64,000 nt of DNA from a virus (IMGVR_UViG_3300037067_005176:125081-189080), one strand, 5' to 3'. Shown: positions 27,528 to 36,236, counted from the first letter of the stretch. The notes: generated from the sequence alone by a model not told the origin. Numbers and translations: made by a program.

Positions 27528-28328
27528 ATGTTAAAAGGTTTTGTGATTTCGGATATTCACATTGATCATATTGGTAATGGAAGTCCAAGCAGAGACAAGA
27601 TGCTTCGGTATCTTGAACCAAAGTTATGTCCCGCTGATGTAGTTTTTATTGGCGGAGATATTTCAAATAGCGGCTCTGCGTTCTCAAAGCTCGTCGATAC
27701 ACTTAGTGAGTTATATCCTAAGGTTGTATATTGTCTTGGTAATCATGATTACGCAGTGCATCCAAACAAGAATGAAACTTCTTTTCAAAAAGTTGAGCGT
27801 TCTGTTAATGGTGTAAAATCTATCAACTCCGTATTTCTTAATGGTGGGCATCATGATCTTTCAGACTTCACAAGAGTCGGAGGAACTATGGGTGCTTATG
27901 ATATGTCATATTCTGAAAAGCATTTTGGTTTATCATATGATCACATGTTAAGAGAATGGAATAATTGGTATGATGGTCGTTATTGGGATTTGAACGGGAT
28001 GACATACACAGAATTTATGAACCGTGAATTTGATAAGATTGATGATTTGATAAATGATAAGCAGTGCAATATAATGCTTACACATATCGGTCCATTTGCT
28101 TGGGGAATACCACCAAAGTTTCATAACGCACAGACTGGATTCTTTTACTTTGATGGGAAAAGATATCTTGATGCGATGCCAAACGATTCTGTTTGGATTT
28201 TTGGCCATACTCACGATCAAAAAATTCTTGACCTTGGCAACGTTCGTCTTCTTTGCAATCCTCTTGGGTACATTGGAGAAAGCAGAACAACGATTCCAAA
28301 AGAAGAGTTTTTATTTGATATAAAATAA
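27528..28328 (+). CDS. Metallophosphoesterase (calcineurin-like; GDISNSG..GNHDY..GHTHD)
   Basis: Ordered MPP motifs. RBS gcaggag. Confidence 0.55.
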   Translation: MLKGFVISDIHIDHIGNGSPSRDKMLRYLEPKLCPADVVFIGGDISNSGSAFSKLVDTLSELYPKVVYCLGNHDYAVHPNKNETSFQKVERSVNGVKSINSVFLNGGHHDLSDFTRVGGTMGAYDMSYSEKHFGLSYDHMLREWNNWYDGRYWDLNGMTYTEFMNREFDKIDDLINDKQCNIMLTHIGPFAWGIPPKFHNAQTGFFYFDGKRYLDAMPNDSVWIFGHTHDQKILDLGNVRLLCNPLGYIGESRTTIPKEEFLFDIK

Positions 28329-28343
28329 ACAAAGAAGGTATAA

Positions 28344-28802
28344 ATGATAGTATATGTTGATATGGATAATGTGATGTGTGATTTTAATCGCGCAAAGAAA
28401 TTAGCAATTAAAAACACTCCTGATAATGCGTATCCTCATAGTCAAGTAGATTTTTTTAGACAACTTGAAGAAATTGATGGAGCTATTGATGCTTTGATTG
28501 ACTTATGCGAGGCTGGAATTGACGTTTATATTCTTACTGCACCTTCGACATTGAATCCAATGAGTTATATGGAAAAGATGCTTTGGGTCCGTGATCATCT
28601 TGGACAATGGTGGGTTGAGCGGTTAATTATTAGTAAGCATAAACATCTTAATGTTGGCGATTACCTTGTTGATGATATGGCAGGAGGGTGTGGACAAGAA
28701 CAATTTATAGGCACTCTCCTTCAATTCGGAAGTAAGCAATATCCAAATTGGATCACTGTAAAAGAATTTCTTATTCACAAAAAACAAAGTGAGGATGTAT
28801 GA
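28344..28802 (+). CDS. 5'(3')-deoxyribonucleotidase (NT5C-family HAD; VYVDMDNVMCDF)
   Basis: DMDxV motif I and overall size typical of NT5C. Confidence 0.5.
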   Translation: MIVYVDMDNVMCDFNRAKKLAIKNTPDNAYPHSQVDFFRQLEEIDGAIDALIDLCEAGIDVYILTAPSTLNPMSYMEKMLWVRDHLGQWWVERLIISKHKHLNVGDYLVDDMAGGCGQEQFIGTLLQFGSKQYPNWITVKEFLIHKKQSEDV

Positions 28803-29173
28803 GTTTATATAATATGCTATTTGGGGTGAATGCTTTATCCCCTGTGCTTTTGAAAATCATCAATCTTGAAATGGGAATTATACCAAGATTCAGAGATTGC
28901 TATATTGACGGCGAATACATTATTGTTCATACACGGTCGGGTGGTGGAAACAGAGAATGGCTTGAAGAAGAAAATAATATGCTTGAAGCAAATGAAAATT
29001 ATTCGCATGATGAAGACGATGATTTTGATTGTACTTATGCGAATTTTTATTTCAACATTCCAAGTGAATATGCTGAAGATATTAATGCCCTTGTAAATAA
29101 AGATGAAACTTATAAACCTTCAGAGAAGTGGGCAAAACTATTTGAAGGATTGGAAAAGAAAGATGAAAATTGA
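28799..29173 (+). CDS. Acidic hypothetical protein (124 aa)
   Basis: ATGA-overlap start. RBS gtgagg. Confidence 0.45.
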   Translation: MSLYNMLFGVNALSPVLLKIINLEMGIIPRFRDCYIDGEYIIVHTRSGGGNREWLEEENNMLEANENYSHDEDDDFDCTYANFYFNIPSEYAEDINALVNKDETYKPSEKWAKLFEGLEKKDEN

Positions 29174-29242
29174 ATATAAAATTGTTAATGCAAATGATGA
29201 AACTAAAGTACTTTTTGAAGATGGCTTCGGAAAGGAGATTGA

Positions 29243-29395
29243 ATGAAATGCGGAAAATGTAATATTGGTAAACTTAAATATAATGAGAAAGGTATTTATT
29301 TTTGGTATACTTGTAATAATTGTGATTATGAAACACGCAAAGAAGTAAATACAATAAATAAAAGACTTATAAAAGAGAAAACTTATGGGACGTAA
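29243..29395 (+). CDS. Small zinc-ribbon protein (50 aa; CGKC...CNNCDYE)
   Basis: RBS aaaggag 5 nt upstream. Below the ORF-track cutoff. Same architecture as the - strand zinc-ribbon family. Confidence 0.4.
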   Translation: MKCGKCNIGKLKYNEKGIYFWYTCNNCDYETRKEVNTINKRLIKEKTYGT

Positions 29396-30380
29396 ACTTG
29401 CATCAATTCAGCGCATTTGGAAAATTGAACCAATTGAAGGAGCTGACAGAATTGAATTAGTTCGTGTAATGGGCTGGCAGTGTATAGCAAAGAAAGAAGA
29501 GTTCGAAAAGTATGATCTATGTGTATACATCGAAATTGACTCTGTATGCCCAAAAGAAGATGAACGATTTGCTATGCTTGCTTCAACCAATTGGAAGGTT
29601 AAAACAAGAAAGATGAAAAATACTCTCTCGCAAGGTATTGCATTACCACTTTCTTTATTCGGCTGGACTGATGCTGATGTTACACTTGAAGAGGATGTTT
29701 CTGAAAAGCTAGGTATTAAACTTTTTGAAAATTATGAAACATTTAATGCAGTCGAAGCAAAAGGTGGATTTCCAGGATTCATTCGTAAGACTGACCAAGA
29801 AAGATCAGCCAATTTAAGTCAAAAAACTTATGAAAATTATAGCAAAATGAAATTTGAAGTTACTGAAAAATGCGAAGGATCTAGTTCCACTTGGTTTTTA
29901 CGCGATAATGAATTCTTTGCATGTTCTCGCAATCTTGTGATGAGACTTATTGACGGTTCTCGTTGGAAATATTTAAACTACAAATACAATCTTGAAAATA
30001 AGTTAAAAACTTATGGAAAGAATATTGCTATTCAAGCGGAAATATTAGGGCCAGGAATACAGAAAAATTATTATGGTTTAAGTTCTTATGAGATTAAAAT
30101 ATTTGATGTGTTTGATATTGATGCACAAAGATATTTAAATCCTGATGAAAGATATAAAGTTCTTGAAGAGCTAGGTCTTATGCATATTCATGTTCCAATT
30201 GTGCATAAAGAATTTTCGTTTGAAGGAATAACTCATGATGAGTTGATGAAATTAGCCAACGGAAAATCTATGATTTCTTCAAACAAGATTCGTGAAGGTT
30301 TGGTTTATAAGTGCATATCAAATGGAGATTATCACTTTAAAACCGTTGATCCAATTTACTTGCTCAAAGAAGATCAATGA
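29385..30380 (+). CDS. RNA-ligase-family nucleotidyltransferase-like protein (variant motif I EKCEGSS, motif IV EGLVYK, motif V FKTVD) with N-terminal extra domain
   Basis: EGxVxK motif IV and K-x-[DE]-G motif I in appropriate order and spacing. Confidence 0.4.
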   Translation: MGRKLASIQRIWKIEPIEGADRIELVRVMGWQCIAKKEEFEKYDLCVYIEIDSVCPKEDERFAMLASTNWKVKTRKMKNTLSQGIALPLSLFGWTDADVTLEEDVSEKLGIKLFENYETFNAVEAKGGFPGFIRKTDQERSANLSQKTYENYSKMKFEVTEKCEGSSSTWFLRDNEFFACSRNLVMRLIDGSRWKYLNYKYNLENKLKTYGKNIAIQAEILGPGIQKNYYGLSSYEIKIFDVFDIDAQRYLNPDERYKVLEELGLMHIHVPIVHKEFSFEGITHDELMKLANGKSMISSNKIREGLVYKCISNGDYHFKTVDPIYLLKEDQ

Positions 30381-30637
30381 ACTACCAAAGAATATATGAT
30401 GCAATAAAAAGAACTTCTATTGCTAATAAAGGCCGTAAAAATACAATTGAATCGAATAAGCGAATAAGCGACTCTATAATTGGAAAGCACAAAGGCTTAA
30501 AAAATCCAAACTTTGGAAAGTATAATACGGATTCACCAAACTATGGAAGAAGATGGTTTCATAATAAAATCGGTGAACGCGTATACAAAAATCCGGATGA
30601 AGTTGATCATAACATTTGGATTTTTGGTATGAAATGA
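30377..30637 (+). pseudogene. Internally deleted HNH endonuclease relic (MNYQRIYDAI... lacks the HNH catalytic motif)
   Basis: N- and C-termini match 14152..14757 but the middle (ERHHIIPK...EHYLCH) is absent. Confidence 0.45.
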
Positions 30638-30700
30638 CATAAATTTTCACTATAGTTTATTTTTCGTGAAATACCGCGAGAAAAAAAATCATTTTTACCA

Positions 30701-30729
30701 TTGCAAAGTGGTAAAATAGTTTGTATATT
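30701..30729 (+). promoter_or_regulatory. sigma70-like promoter TTGCAA-N17-TATATT within a repeated promoter-leader cassette
   Basis: Near-identical to the cassette at 48069-48192. Confidence 0.5.
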
Positions 30730-30770
30730 GTATCTATCGAAAGGCAACAAACTCCAAAGAGGATACTAAA

Positions 30771-31151
30771 ATGATTAGGTTTTTCTATAATGGTTTTAAA
30801 ATTGATGATGACAAAAAGTTGTATAAAGTATACTTTACACCATGCACCAATGGAACGATTCGTGTTACATCTGAAGATTATATAGCCTTCCCAAAAGCAA
30901 CCCGCGATCAATTTGTAGTCGTTAATAATACTAACATTATGATTGATTATTTTGAGAATGAATATTTTGAAATTTCAACGACCCATGAGTTGTTCAAATT
31001 TGCAAAAATTGCTTTGTTACAAAATTCCCTTAAATATTTTACTAGCCAATATAAGAAATGCCTAAAATATTCTTGGGAAAAGAAAGGTGAGTTTGTCCAA
31101 GCCAAAATAAATGAGTATCAAGAACAAATAAAAGCTTTGGAGAACGCATGA
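30771..31151 (+). CDS. Hypothetical protein (126 aa)
   Basis: RBS aaagagga downstream of the repeated promoter cassette. Confidence 0.5.
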   Translation: MIRFFYNGFKIDDDKKLYKVYFTPCTNGTIRVTSEDYIAFPKATRDQFVVVNNTNIMIDYFENEYFEISTTHELFKFAKIALLQNSLKYFTSQYKKCLKYSWEKKGEFVQAKINEYQEQIKALENA

Positions 31152-31348
31152 AGATAAATGACTTTATGAAAGAACTTGAAATTGAAATCCAAAATGCTAA
31201 AATTGATGAAAATTTATTGTATGTTTTGGTTCGTATCAGTGATCAAAAACATATTTCTCCTGCAATGCCAATGAAAGATTCTGTGATTCAATGGATTAAG
31301 AAAAACACCGAAGAAATTTATTTCAAGCTATTTTATGAGGAGGATTAA
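31148..31348 (+). CDS. Hypothetical protein (66 aa)
   Basis: ATGA overlap with upstream gene. Confidence 0.4.
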   Translation: MKINDFMKELEIEIQNAKIDENLLYVLVRISDQKHISPAMPMKDSVIQWIKKNTEEIYFKLFYEED

Positions 31349-31548
31349 TGAAGCCCATTGGTTTGACTAAGAAAGGCTGCGCGTGGGATTTTATTGATAT
31401 TCGCGCATTTAAAAATTCTAATGATAGACATTCAACGTCGGGAGATCGTTCCGCACGTAAAACATTACGACGAATCGTTCGTTCGTTAAAGAGATCGGAA
31501 AAGCAAAAATTTATAACACAACGTCTTAACGAGGAGATGAATGAATGA
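31348..31548 (+). CDS. Small basic protein (66 aa, Arg/Lys-rich)
   Basis: TAATG overlap. RBS gaggagg. Confidence 0.4.
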   Translation: MKPIGLTKKGCAWDFIDIRAFKNSNDRHSTSGDRSARKTLRRIVRSLKRSEKQKFITQRLNEEMNE

Positions 31549-31661
31549 ACTAAATATTTTAAAACTAAAAATCTGTAAATTCAAGTATTAGCAATGTATG
31601 CTATAATCAAGTTCAAAATTTCAAATCGTAAAACATAATCACTTAAATAGGAGACATAAAT

Positions 31662-32852
31662 ATGTCAATTTATAAATTATTCTCAATTGTAGGAATTACA
31701 ATTTTAATTTTTGCAGTGCTTTTCACTCTTCCAAGAATTATTGAAAACATTGATACAACAGAATATAAAATCAAGCAAGCAGCAATATCTGGTGATATGT
31801 CTTGTCATAATGAATCTGGGTGGTTTTGGCAAAGTTTAGGTAATGTTGTAACATACGACAAAACCGGTACTTTTTATTTTTCTGAAGAAAATATTGATGG
31901 TGGCGAAGGCGAAGACGCTGATCCATTGCATGCTACATTCCAAGGTAATTCCACAGGAAAGATTAGTGGTTATCTTAAATATAGATTGCCTTCAAAATGT
32001 GATAATCAGTTATCACTGAATTCTGAATATAAGAATAAAGAGTCTGTTCGTATGGATTTAATTCGAAATGCAATTTCAACTGCTATTGGTCAAGCAGGGC
32101 CATTGTTCACTGCTGAAGAAGCAAATATTGATCGTCGTCCAGAGTTTACAAAAATTATTCGAGATATTCTTGAAGAAGGCGAATTTTTAACAGTTACATC
32201 CGAAGTTAATAGGATTGAAGATAATGATTCAACTAACATTCAAAGGTTTAAAGTAACAAAGATGTGGTTGGATTCGACAGGCAAACGAATGATCACAAAA
32301 CCATCAGTTTTAAAACGTTATGGAATTGAAGTGATTGCTTTGGATATTAAGAAAATTAATTTTGATATCAAGACAAGAGAATTGATGGATGCAAAGAAGA
32401 ATGCTGAACAACAACGAATTGCTTCTAAAGCTTTAGCGGAAAAATCTAAGCAAGACGCTATTACCGAACGTGAACAAGGTAATGCTCGTGTTGCAAAAGC
32501 AAAAGCTGATGAAGAAGTTATTAAAATTGCTGAAGTGACACAAGCTGAAAAACAATTTGAAGTTGCACGATTAGCTGCGGCAACTGCTTTAGAAGATGCA
32601 AAGAAAGTTAAAGCTCAAGGTGAAGCTGAAGCGTATGCTGCACGTGCTAAGGTATCCGCAGGTTTAACACCACAAGAACGTGCAGAATGGGATTTCAAAA
32701 TCGCTGATGCTGTATCACGAAATCTTGCTCAATCTACAGTTAAATGGGTGCCTGAAATTATAATTAGCGGTGAAGGTAAAGGTGGATCAAATCCGTTGGA
32801 TGCTGTAGGCATGAATATGTTGTTAGATGTTGCAAGTAAAATGAAAAAGTAA
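31662..32852 (+). CDS. SPFH/band-7 (stomatin/flotillin-like) membrane protein
   Basis: N-terminal TM helix, then Ala/Glu/Lys-rich coiled-coil region typical of the SPFH family. Confidence 0.5.
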   Translation: MSIYKLFSIVGITILIFAVLFTLPRIIENIDTTEYKIKQAAISGDMSCHNESGWFWQSLGNVVTYDKTGTFYFSEENIDGGEGEDADPLHATFQGNSTGKISGYLKYRLPSKCDNQLSLNSEYKNKESVRMDLIRNAISTAIGQAGPLFTAEEANIDRRPEFTKIIRDILEEGEFLTVTSEVNRIEDNDSTNIQRFKVTKMWLDSTGKRMITKPSVLKRYGIEVIALDIKKINFDIKTRELMDAKKNAEQQRIASKALAEKSKQDAITEREQGNARVAKAKADEEVIKIAEVTQAEKQFEVARLAAATALEDAKKVKAQGEAEAYAARAKVSAGLTPQERAEWDFKIADAVSRNLAQSTVKWVPEIIISGEGKGGSNPLDAVGMNMLLDVASKMKK

Positions 32853-32874
32853 TATTTAAAACAAAGGAATGATT

Positions 32875-33996
32875 ATGAATAAGAAATACAAATTAACTAA
32901 AGAGACTATAGTCATTAGTTCATCAACTTTATATAGAATAAAGGCTCTAATTGACATTCCTTCTTCTAATGTTAAAAAAGGTGATCCGGGTGGATTCATT
33001 GAAAATGAATCCAATCTAAGTCATGAAGGTTCTTGCTGGGTCGCTGATAATGCAAGAGTCTTTGGTGATGCATGGGTCTTTGGTGATGCATGGGTCTTTG
33101 GTTCTGCAAGAGTTTATGGTAATGCAGGTGTCTTTGGTAATGCATTGGTCTTTGGTAATGCATTGGTCTTTGGTAATGCAAAGGTCTTTGGTTCTGCAAA
33201 GGTCTCTGATAATGCAAGAGTCTATGATAATGCATGGGTCTATGGTAATGCAAGAGTTTATGGTTCTGCATGGGTCTCTGGTAATGCAAAGGTCTTTGGT
33301 AATACATGGGTCTATGATAATGCAAGAGTTTATGGTAATACAAATGTCTATGATAATGCAAAGGCCTATGGTGATGCATCGGTCTATGGTGATGCAAAGG
33401 TCTATGGTGATGCATTGGTCTATGATAATGTAAAGGTCGCTGATAATGCAAGAGTCTTTGGTGATGCATGGGTCTTTGGTGATGCATGGGTCTTTGGTTC
33501 TGCAAAGGTCTCTGATTCTGCAAGAGTTTATGGTTCTGCAAGAGTCTCTGGTGATGCAAGAGTCTATGGTTCTGCAAAGGTCGCTGGCAATGCAAATGTC
33601 TTTAGTAATGCAAAGGTCGCTGATAATGCATGGGTCTATGGTAATGCAAGAGTCTCTGATAATGCAAGAGTCTTTGGTAATGCAAAGGTCTATGATAATG
33701 CATTGGTCTATGATAATGCAATAGTCTCTGGTTCTGCAAAGGTATATGGTGATGCAAAGGTCTATGATACTGCAAGAATCTATGATAATGCATTGGTCTT
33801 TGGTAATACATGGGTCTATGGTAATGCATTGGTCTCTGATAATGCACCTGCGGTAGCGAAGTATTATATTGATGGTGAACAGGTTTTATTTGAAGTATTT
33901 AAAGAGCGGACTAAAGAACCTGAAAATGAAGTTGTTATGACCATAAAAGAAATTGAACAAAAACTTGGAATACCTAATTTAAAAATTACACGGTAA
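32875..33996 (+). CDS. Hexapeptide-repeat (left-handed beta-helix-like) protein, family copy 1: conserved 55-aa N-module plus about 45 tandem x-V-[FYS]-[GD]-[NDS]-A repeats
   Basis: Protein periodicity of 6 aa, DNA periodicity of 18 bp. N-terminus MNKKYKLTKET..TLYRIKAL..KKGD.GGFIENESNLSHEG.CWV shared with 43431 and 47016. Confidence 0.65.
   Translation: MNKKYKLTKETIVISSSTLYRIKALIDIPSSNVKKGDPGGFIENESNLSHEGSCWVADNARVFGDAWVFGDAWVFGSARVYGNAGVFGNALVFGNALVFGNAKVFGSAKVSDNARVYDNAWVYGNARVYGSAWVSGNAKVFGNTWVYDNARVYGNTNVYDNAKAYGDASVYGDAKVYGDALVYDNVKVADNARVFGDAWVFGDAWVFGSAKVSDSARVYGSARVSGDARVYGSAKVAGNANVFSNAKVADNAWVYGNARVSDNARVFGNAKVYDNALVYDNAIVSGSAKVYGDAKVYDTARIYDNALVFGNTWVYGNALVSDNAPAVAKYYIDGEQVLFEVFKERTKEPENEVVMTIKEIEQKLGIPNLKITR
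33041..33850 (+). repeat. 18-bp tandem coding repeat array (hexapeptide repeats)
   Basis: Units of the form ggtaatgcaaaggtcttt repeated about 45 times with variation. Confidence 0.7.
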
Positions 33997-34147
33997 AGGA
34001 ATATTTCAAACGCAAAATGGAACATTAGTAACTTATGGCTTTTAACTTACATTTTACACAAAGGTGCATTTAACTATTGCACCTTAATTAAATAAGTTGT
34101 ATATTATATTTAGACAGGTACAACTAAACATTAAAGAGGATAAGTCA

Positions 34148-35059
34148 ATGAAAAAGATAGCCTTAACAATTCTGCTCTTAGCCTTGATAGGATGCAGTTC
34201 GCCATCATCAATAAATGGTGCAACAGAATATTCGTCTCAAGAAACTATGTTGTCATCCCAAGAAGAATACTCTTCTTCTATTGTTGACTTATCCTCTTCA
34301 TCCTCCTCTGATAGCACTCCACAATATTCCTCTTCGGATATTGTTGCAACCATAAGTTCTTCAATCGTTACAATTCAATCAAGTTCATCTATTGTAAGAA
34401 GCAGTAGTTCGTTGATTGCATTAAGTTCTTCAACTGTGTTACCTTCTTCAAGCAGTAGTTCGTTGATTGCATTAAGTTCTTCAACTGTGTTACCTTCTTC
34501 AAGCAGTATCGCCGTATCATCAAGTTCAATAATTGAACCGTCGTCTTCAAGCATTGCAAGTTCTTCTTCACTTGCACAAAGTAGCTCTTCTTATAAGACT
34601 GCTATTTATATGTTTGATCTTGCCTATGCATCAGGAGTAGAGTTTTATAAGACTCATGGAACAAGCACCTCTCCTGATTATGAAATAATCGGTAATGTTA
34701 TTAAAGGGTACGAACATTATTATGGGCTTGATACATTGGTTGTAGGTGAATTAATCGAATCTCTCAACATTGAACGCAGAAGAATGAATACTGCGTCCTC
34801 TTGGGTTAAAGATTTGACATCAGGTGAAATTATATCCGTTGTGTCGGGTGTTATAAATTTACAAGGAACGCCTTTCGTTGCAAGCGCTGTTCATACAGTA
34901 AATAACAAAAGCGTATTTGTTTTAAAGAGAACTAATTGGGGTGATGAAGTATGTTTTTGGTATGACACTAATTCATTGAAGTGGATAGGATCAGGAACGC
35001 AAGCAAGCGATACTAATTTTCAAAATGTATGTGGTAATATAAACGATTATAGTTTTTAG
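34148..35059 (+). CDS. Lipoprotein (lipobox LIGC) with Ser-rich low-complexity region containing an exact 52-bp tandem duplication
   Basis: MKKIALTILLLALIGCSS. 34409-34460 is duplicated at 34461-34512. Confidence 0.55.
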   Translation: MKKIALTILLLALIGCSSPSSINGATEYSSQETMLSSQEEYSSSIVDLSSSSSSDSTPQYSSSDIVATISSSIVTIQSSSSIVRSSSSLIALSSSTVLPSSSSSSLIALSSSTVLPSSSSIAVSSSSIIEPSSSSIASSSSLAQSSSSYKTAIYMFDLAYASGVEFYKTHGTSTSPDYEIIGNVIKGYEHYYGLDTLVVGELIESLNIERRRMNTASSWVKDLTSGEIISVVSGVINLQGTPFVASAVHTVNNKSVFVLKRTNWGDEVCFWYDTNSLKWIGSGTQASDTNFQNVCGNINDYSF

Positions 35060-35072
35060 TGAGGACTTTTTA

Positions 35073-35465
35073 ATGAATTATGGATTTGATTATCACGGCG
35101 TGTTGAATCTTGAAAGTGATAAATTTAGAAATATTGCGGCACAGTTAGTTTCAGAAGGACATGAAGTCCATGTGATGACTGGGTCCACCGAAAAGTATTG
35201 GTTAGAAGAATCTAAAGATTTGCTTGAAAAAGGAATTCATTATACACACTTCTTTAGTGTTGCGGATTATCTTAAAGATTTAGGAATTCCAAGTGGCGGC
35301 ACATACGATAGTCCTCGTTATGAAGATGATCGTTGGAATTCTGCAAAAGGTGAATATGCTTTTTATATTGGACTTATTGAACATACTGATGATTGTAGTA
35401 AATATCAGGAACATTTTCCAAAGTCCTGCAAATTCAATCTTGTGATTAATGGAGAGATTATATGA
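35073..35465 (+). CDS. Hypothetical protein (130 aa)
   Basis: ORF with RBS gtgagga. Confidence 0.45.
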   Translation: MNYGFDYHGVLNLESDKFRNIAAQLVSEGHEVHVMTGSTEKYWLEESKDLLEKGIHYTHFFSVADYLKDLGIPSGGTYDSPRYEDDRWNSAKGEYAFYIGLIEHTDDCSKYQEHFPKSCKFNLVINGEII

Positions 35466-35959
35466 GTATGAAGTTTTCAGAATATGCAAAAGATGTAATG
35501 GGGAAAATTTCCGCGGCATGTTTATTGTACAGAGAAGATCGCGGCCCAAGAGAATATTTTATTGTTCATCCGGGTGGTCCTTATTATACTAACAAATGGA
35601 AAGGTTATTGGAGCATTCCAAAAGGTATGGCTGAAAACGACGAAGACTTGAAGATCGCTGCTCGTAGAGAGTTGAAAGAAGAAACTGGTTTAGTGCCTGA
35701 TGGATTTTTAACTGATCTTGGCACTACAGTTTTGAACTCTGGGAAAATCATTCATGCGTTTCTTGCTAAAGGCAGTGGTGAATGGCAAGGCTCTAATACT
35801 TTTGAAATGGAATGGCCACCTAAGTCAGGGAAGAAAGAGAAGTTCCCTGAAATTGACTCGGGCGAATGGTACAATGCTGAAGCCTGCAAAGAGATGTTAG
35901 GAATCAATCAAACTATTTTCATAGACCGAGCTGAGAAGATTCTAGACAAGGTCAAATAA
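35462..35959 (+). CDS. Nudix hydrolase
   Basis: Nudix box G(x5)E(x7)REL.EETG (GMAENDEDLKIAARRELKEETGL). Confidence 0.65.
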   Translation: MSMKFSEYAKDVMGKISAACLLYREDRGPREYFIVHPGGPYYTNKWKGYWSIPKGMAENDEDLKIAARRELKEETGLVPDGFLTDLGTTVLNSGKIIHAFLAKGSGEWQGSNTFEMEWPPKSGKKEKFPEIDSGEWYNAEACKEMLGINQTIFIDRAEKILDKVK

Positions 35960-36049
35960 ACTTTTCATATATTCCATCATAAAATTTTTACGATGTTCAA
36001 AACACATTTAAACGACGAAAAAATTATTTCAAAAAAATTGTTTTTGCTA

Positions 36050-36078
36050 TTGTCAATATCGTAAAAAGTTTTTATATT
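36050..36078 (+). promoter_or_regulatory. sigma70-like promoter TTGTCA-N17-TATATT
   Basis: Same architecture as the other ccaTTGaCA promoters. Confidence 0.4.
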
Positions 36079-36236
36079 GATTGCATAAAGAAAACTCAAA
36101 ACAGTGCTTAGGAGATATAATGTATCGCATTGCTTTATTCGTCCAAAAATACCATCGTGATGCAATGACATCAGAGCCGTTCGTCAACCTCATTAGTGCA
36201 TCAATTTGCTTTGCAATTCAAGGATCGGGTATTTAA

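Noticed and set aside
30641-30665. cactatag in the repeated cassette resembling the core of a T7-class promoter
   Set aside because: Only 8 nt match the 23-nt T7/T3/SP6 consensus, no single-subunit RNAP gene is seen in the window, and the cassette instead carries a good sigma70-type -35/-10.
32996-33847. His/Pro/Gln-rich and Met/Val/Ser-rich ORFs overlapping the hexapeptide repeat arrays on both strands (32996..33595, 33023..33433, 33446..33724, 33602..33847; likewise 43552..44115, 43579..43935, 43942..44139, 63704..64000)
   Set aside because: They are alternative-frame readings of the same 18-bp tandem repeats. Their periodic composition mirrors the repeats, and the sense frame has a clear N-terminal module, RBS and paralogs.
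33041-33850. 18-bp tandem repeats as a possible CRISPR array or noncoding satellite
   Set aside because: There are no spacers between the repeats, and they sit in frame within a protein with a conserved N-terminus and hexapeptide periodicity.
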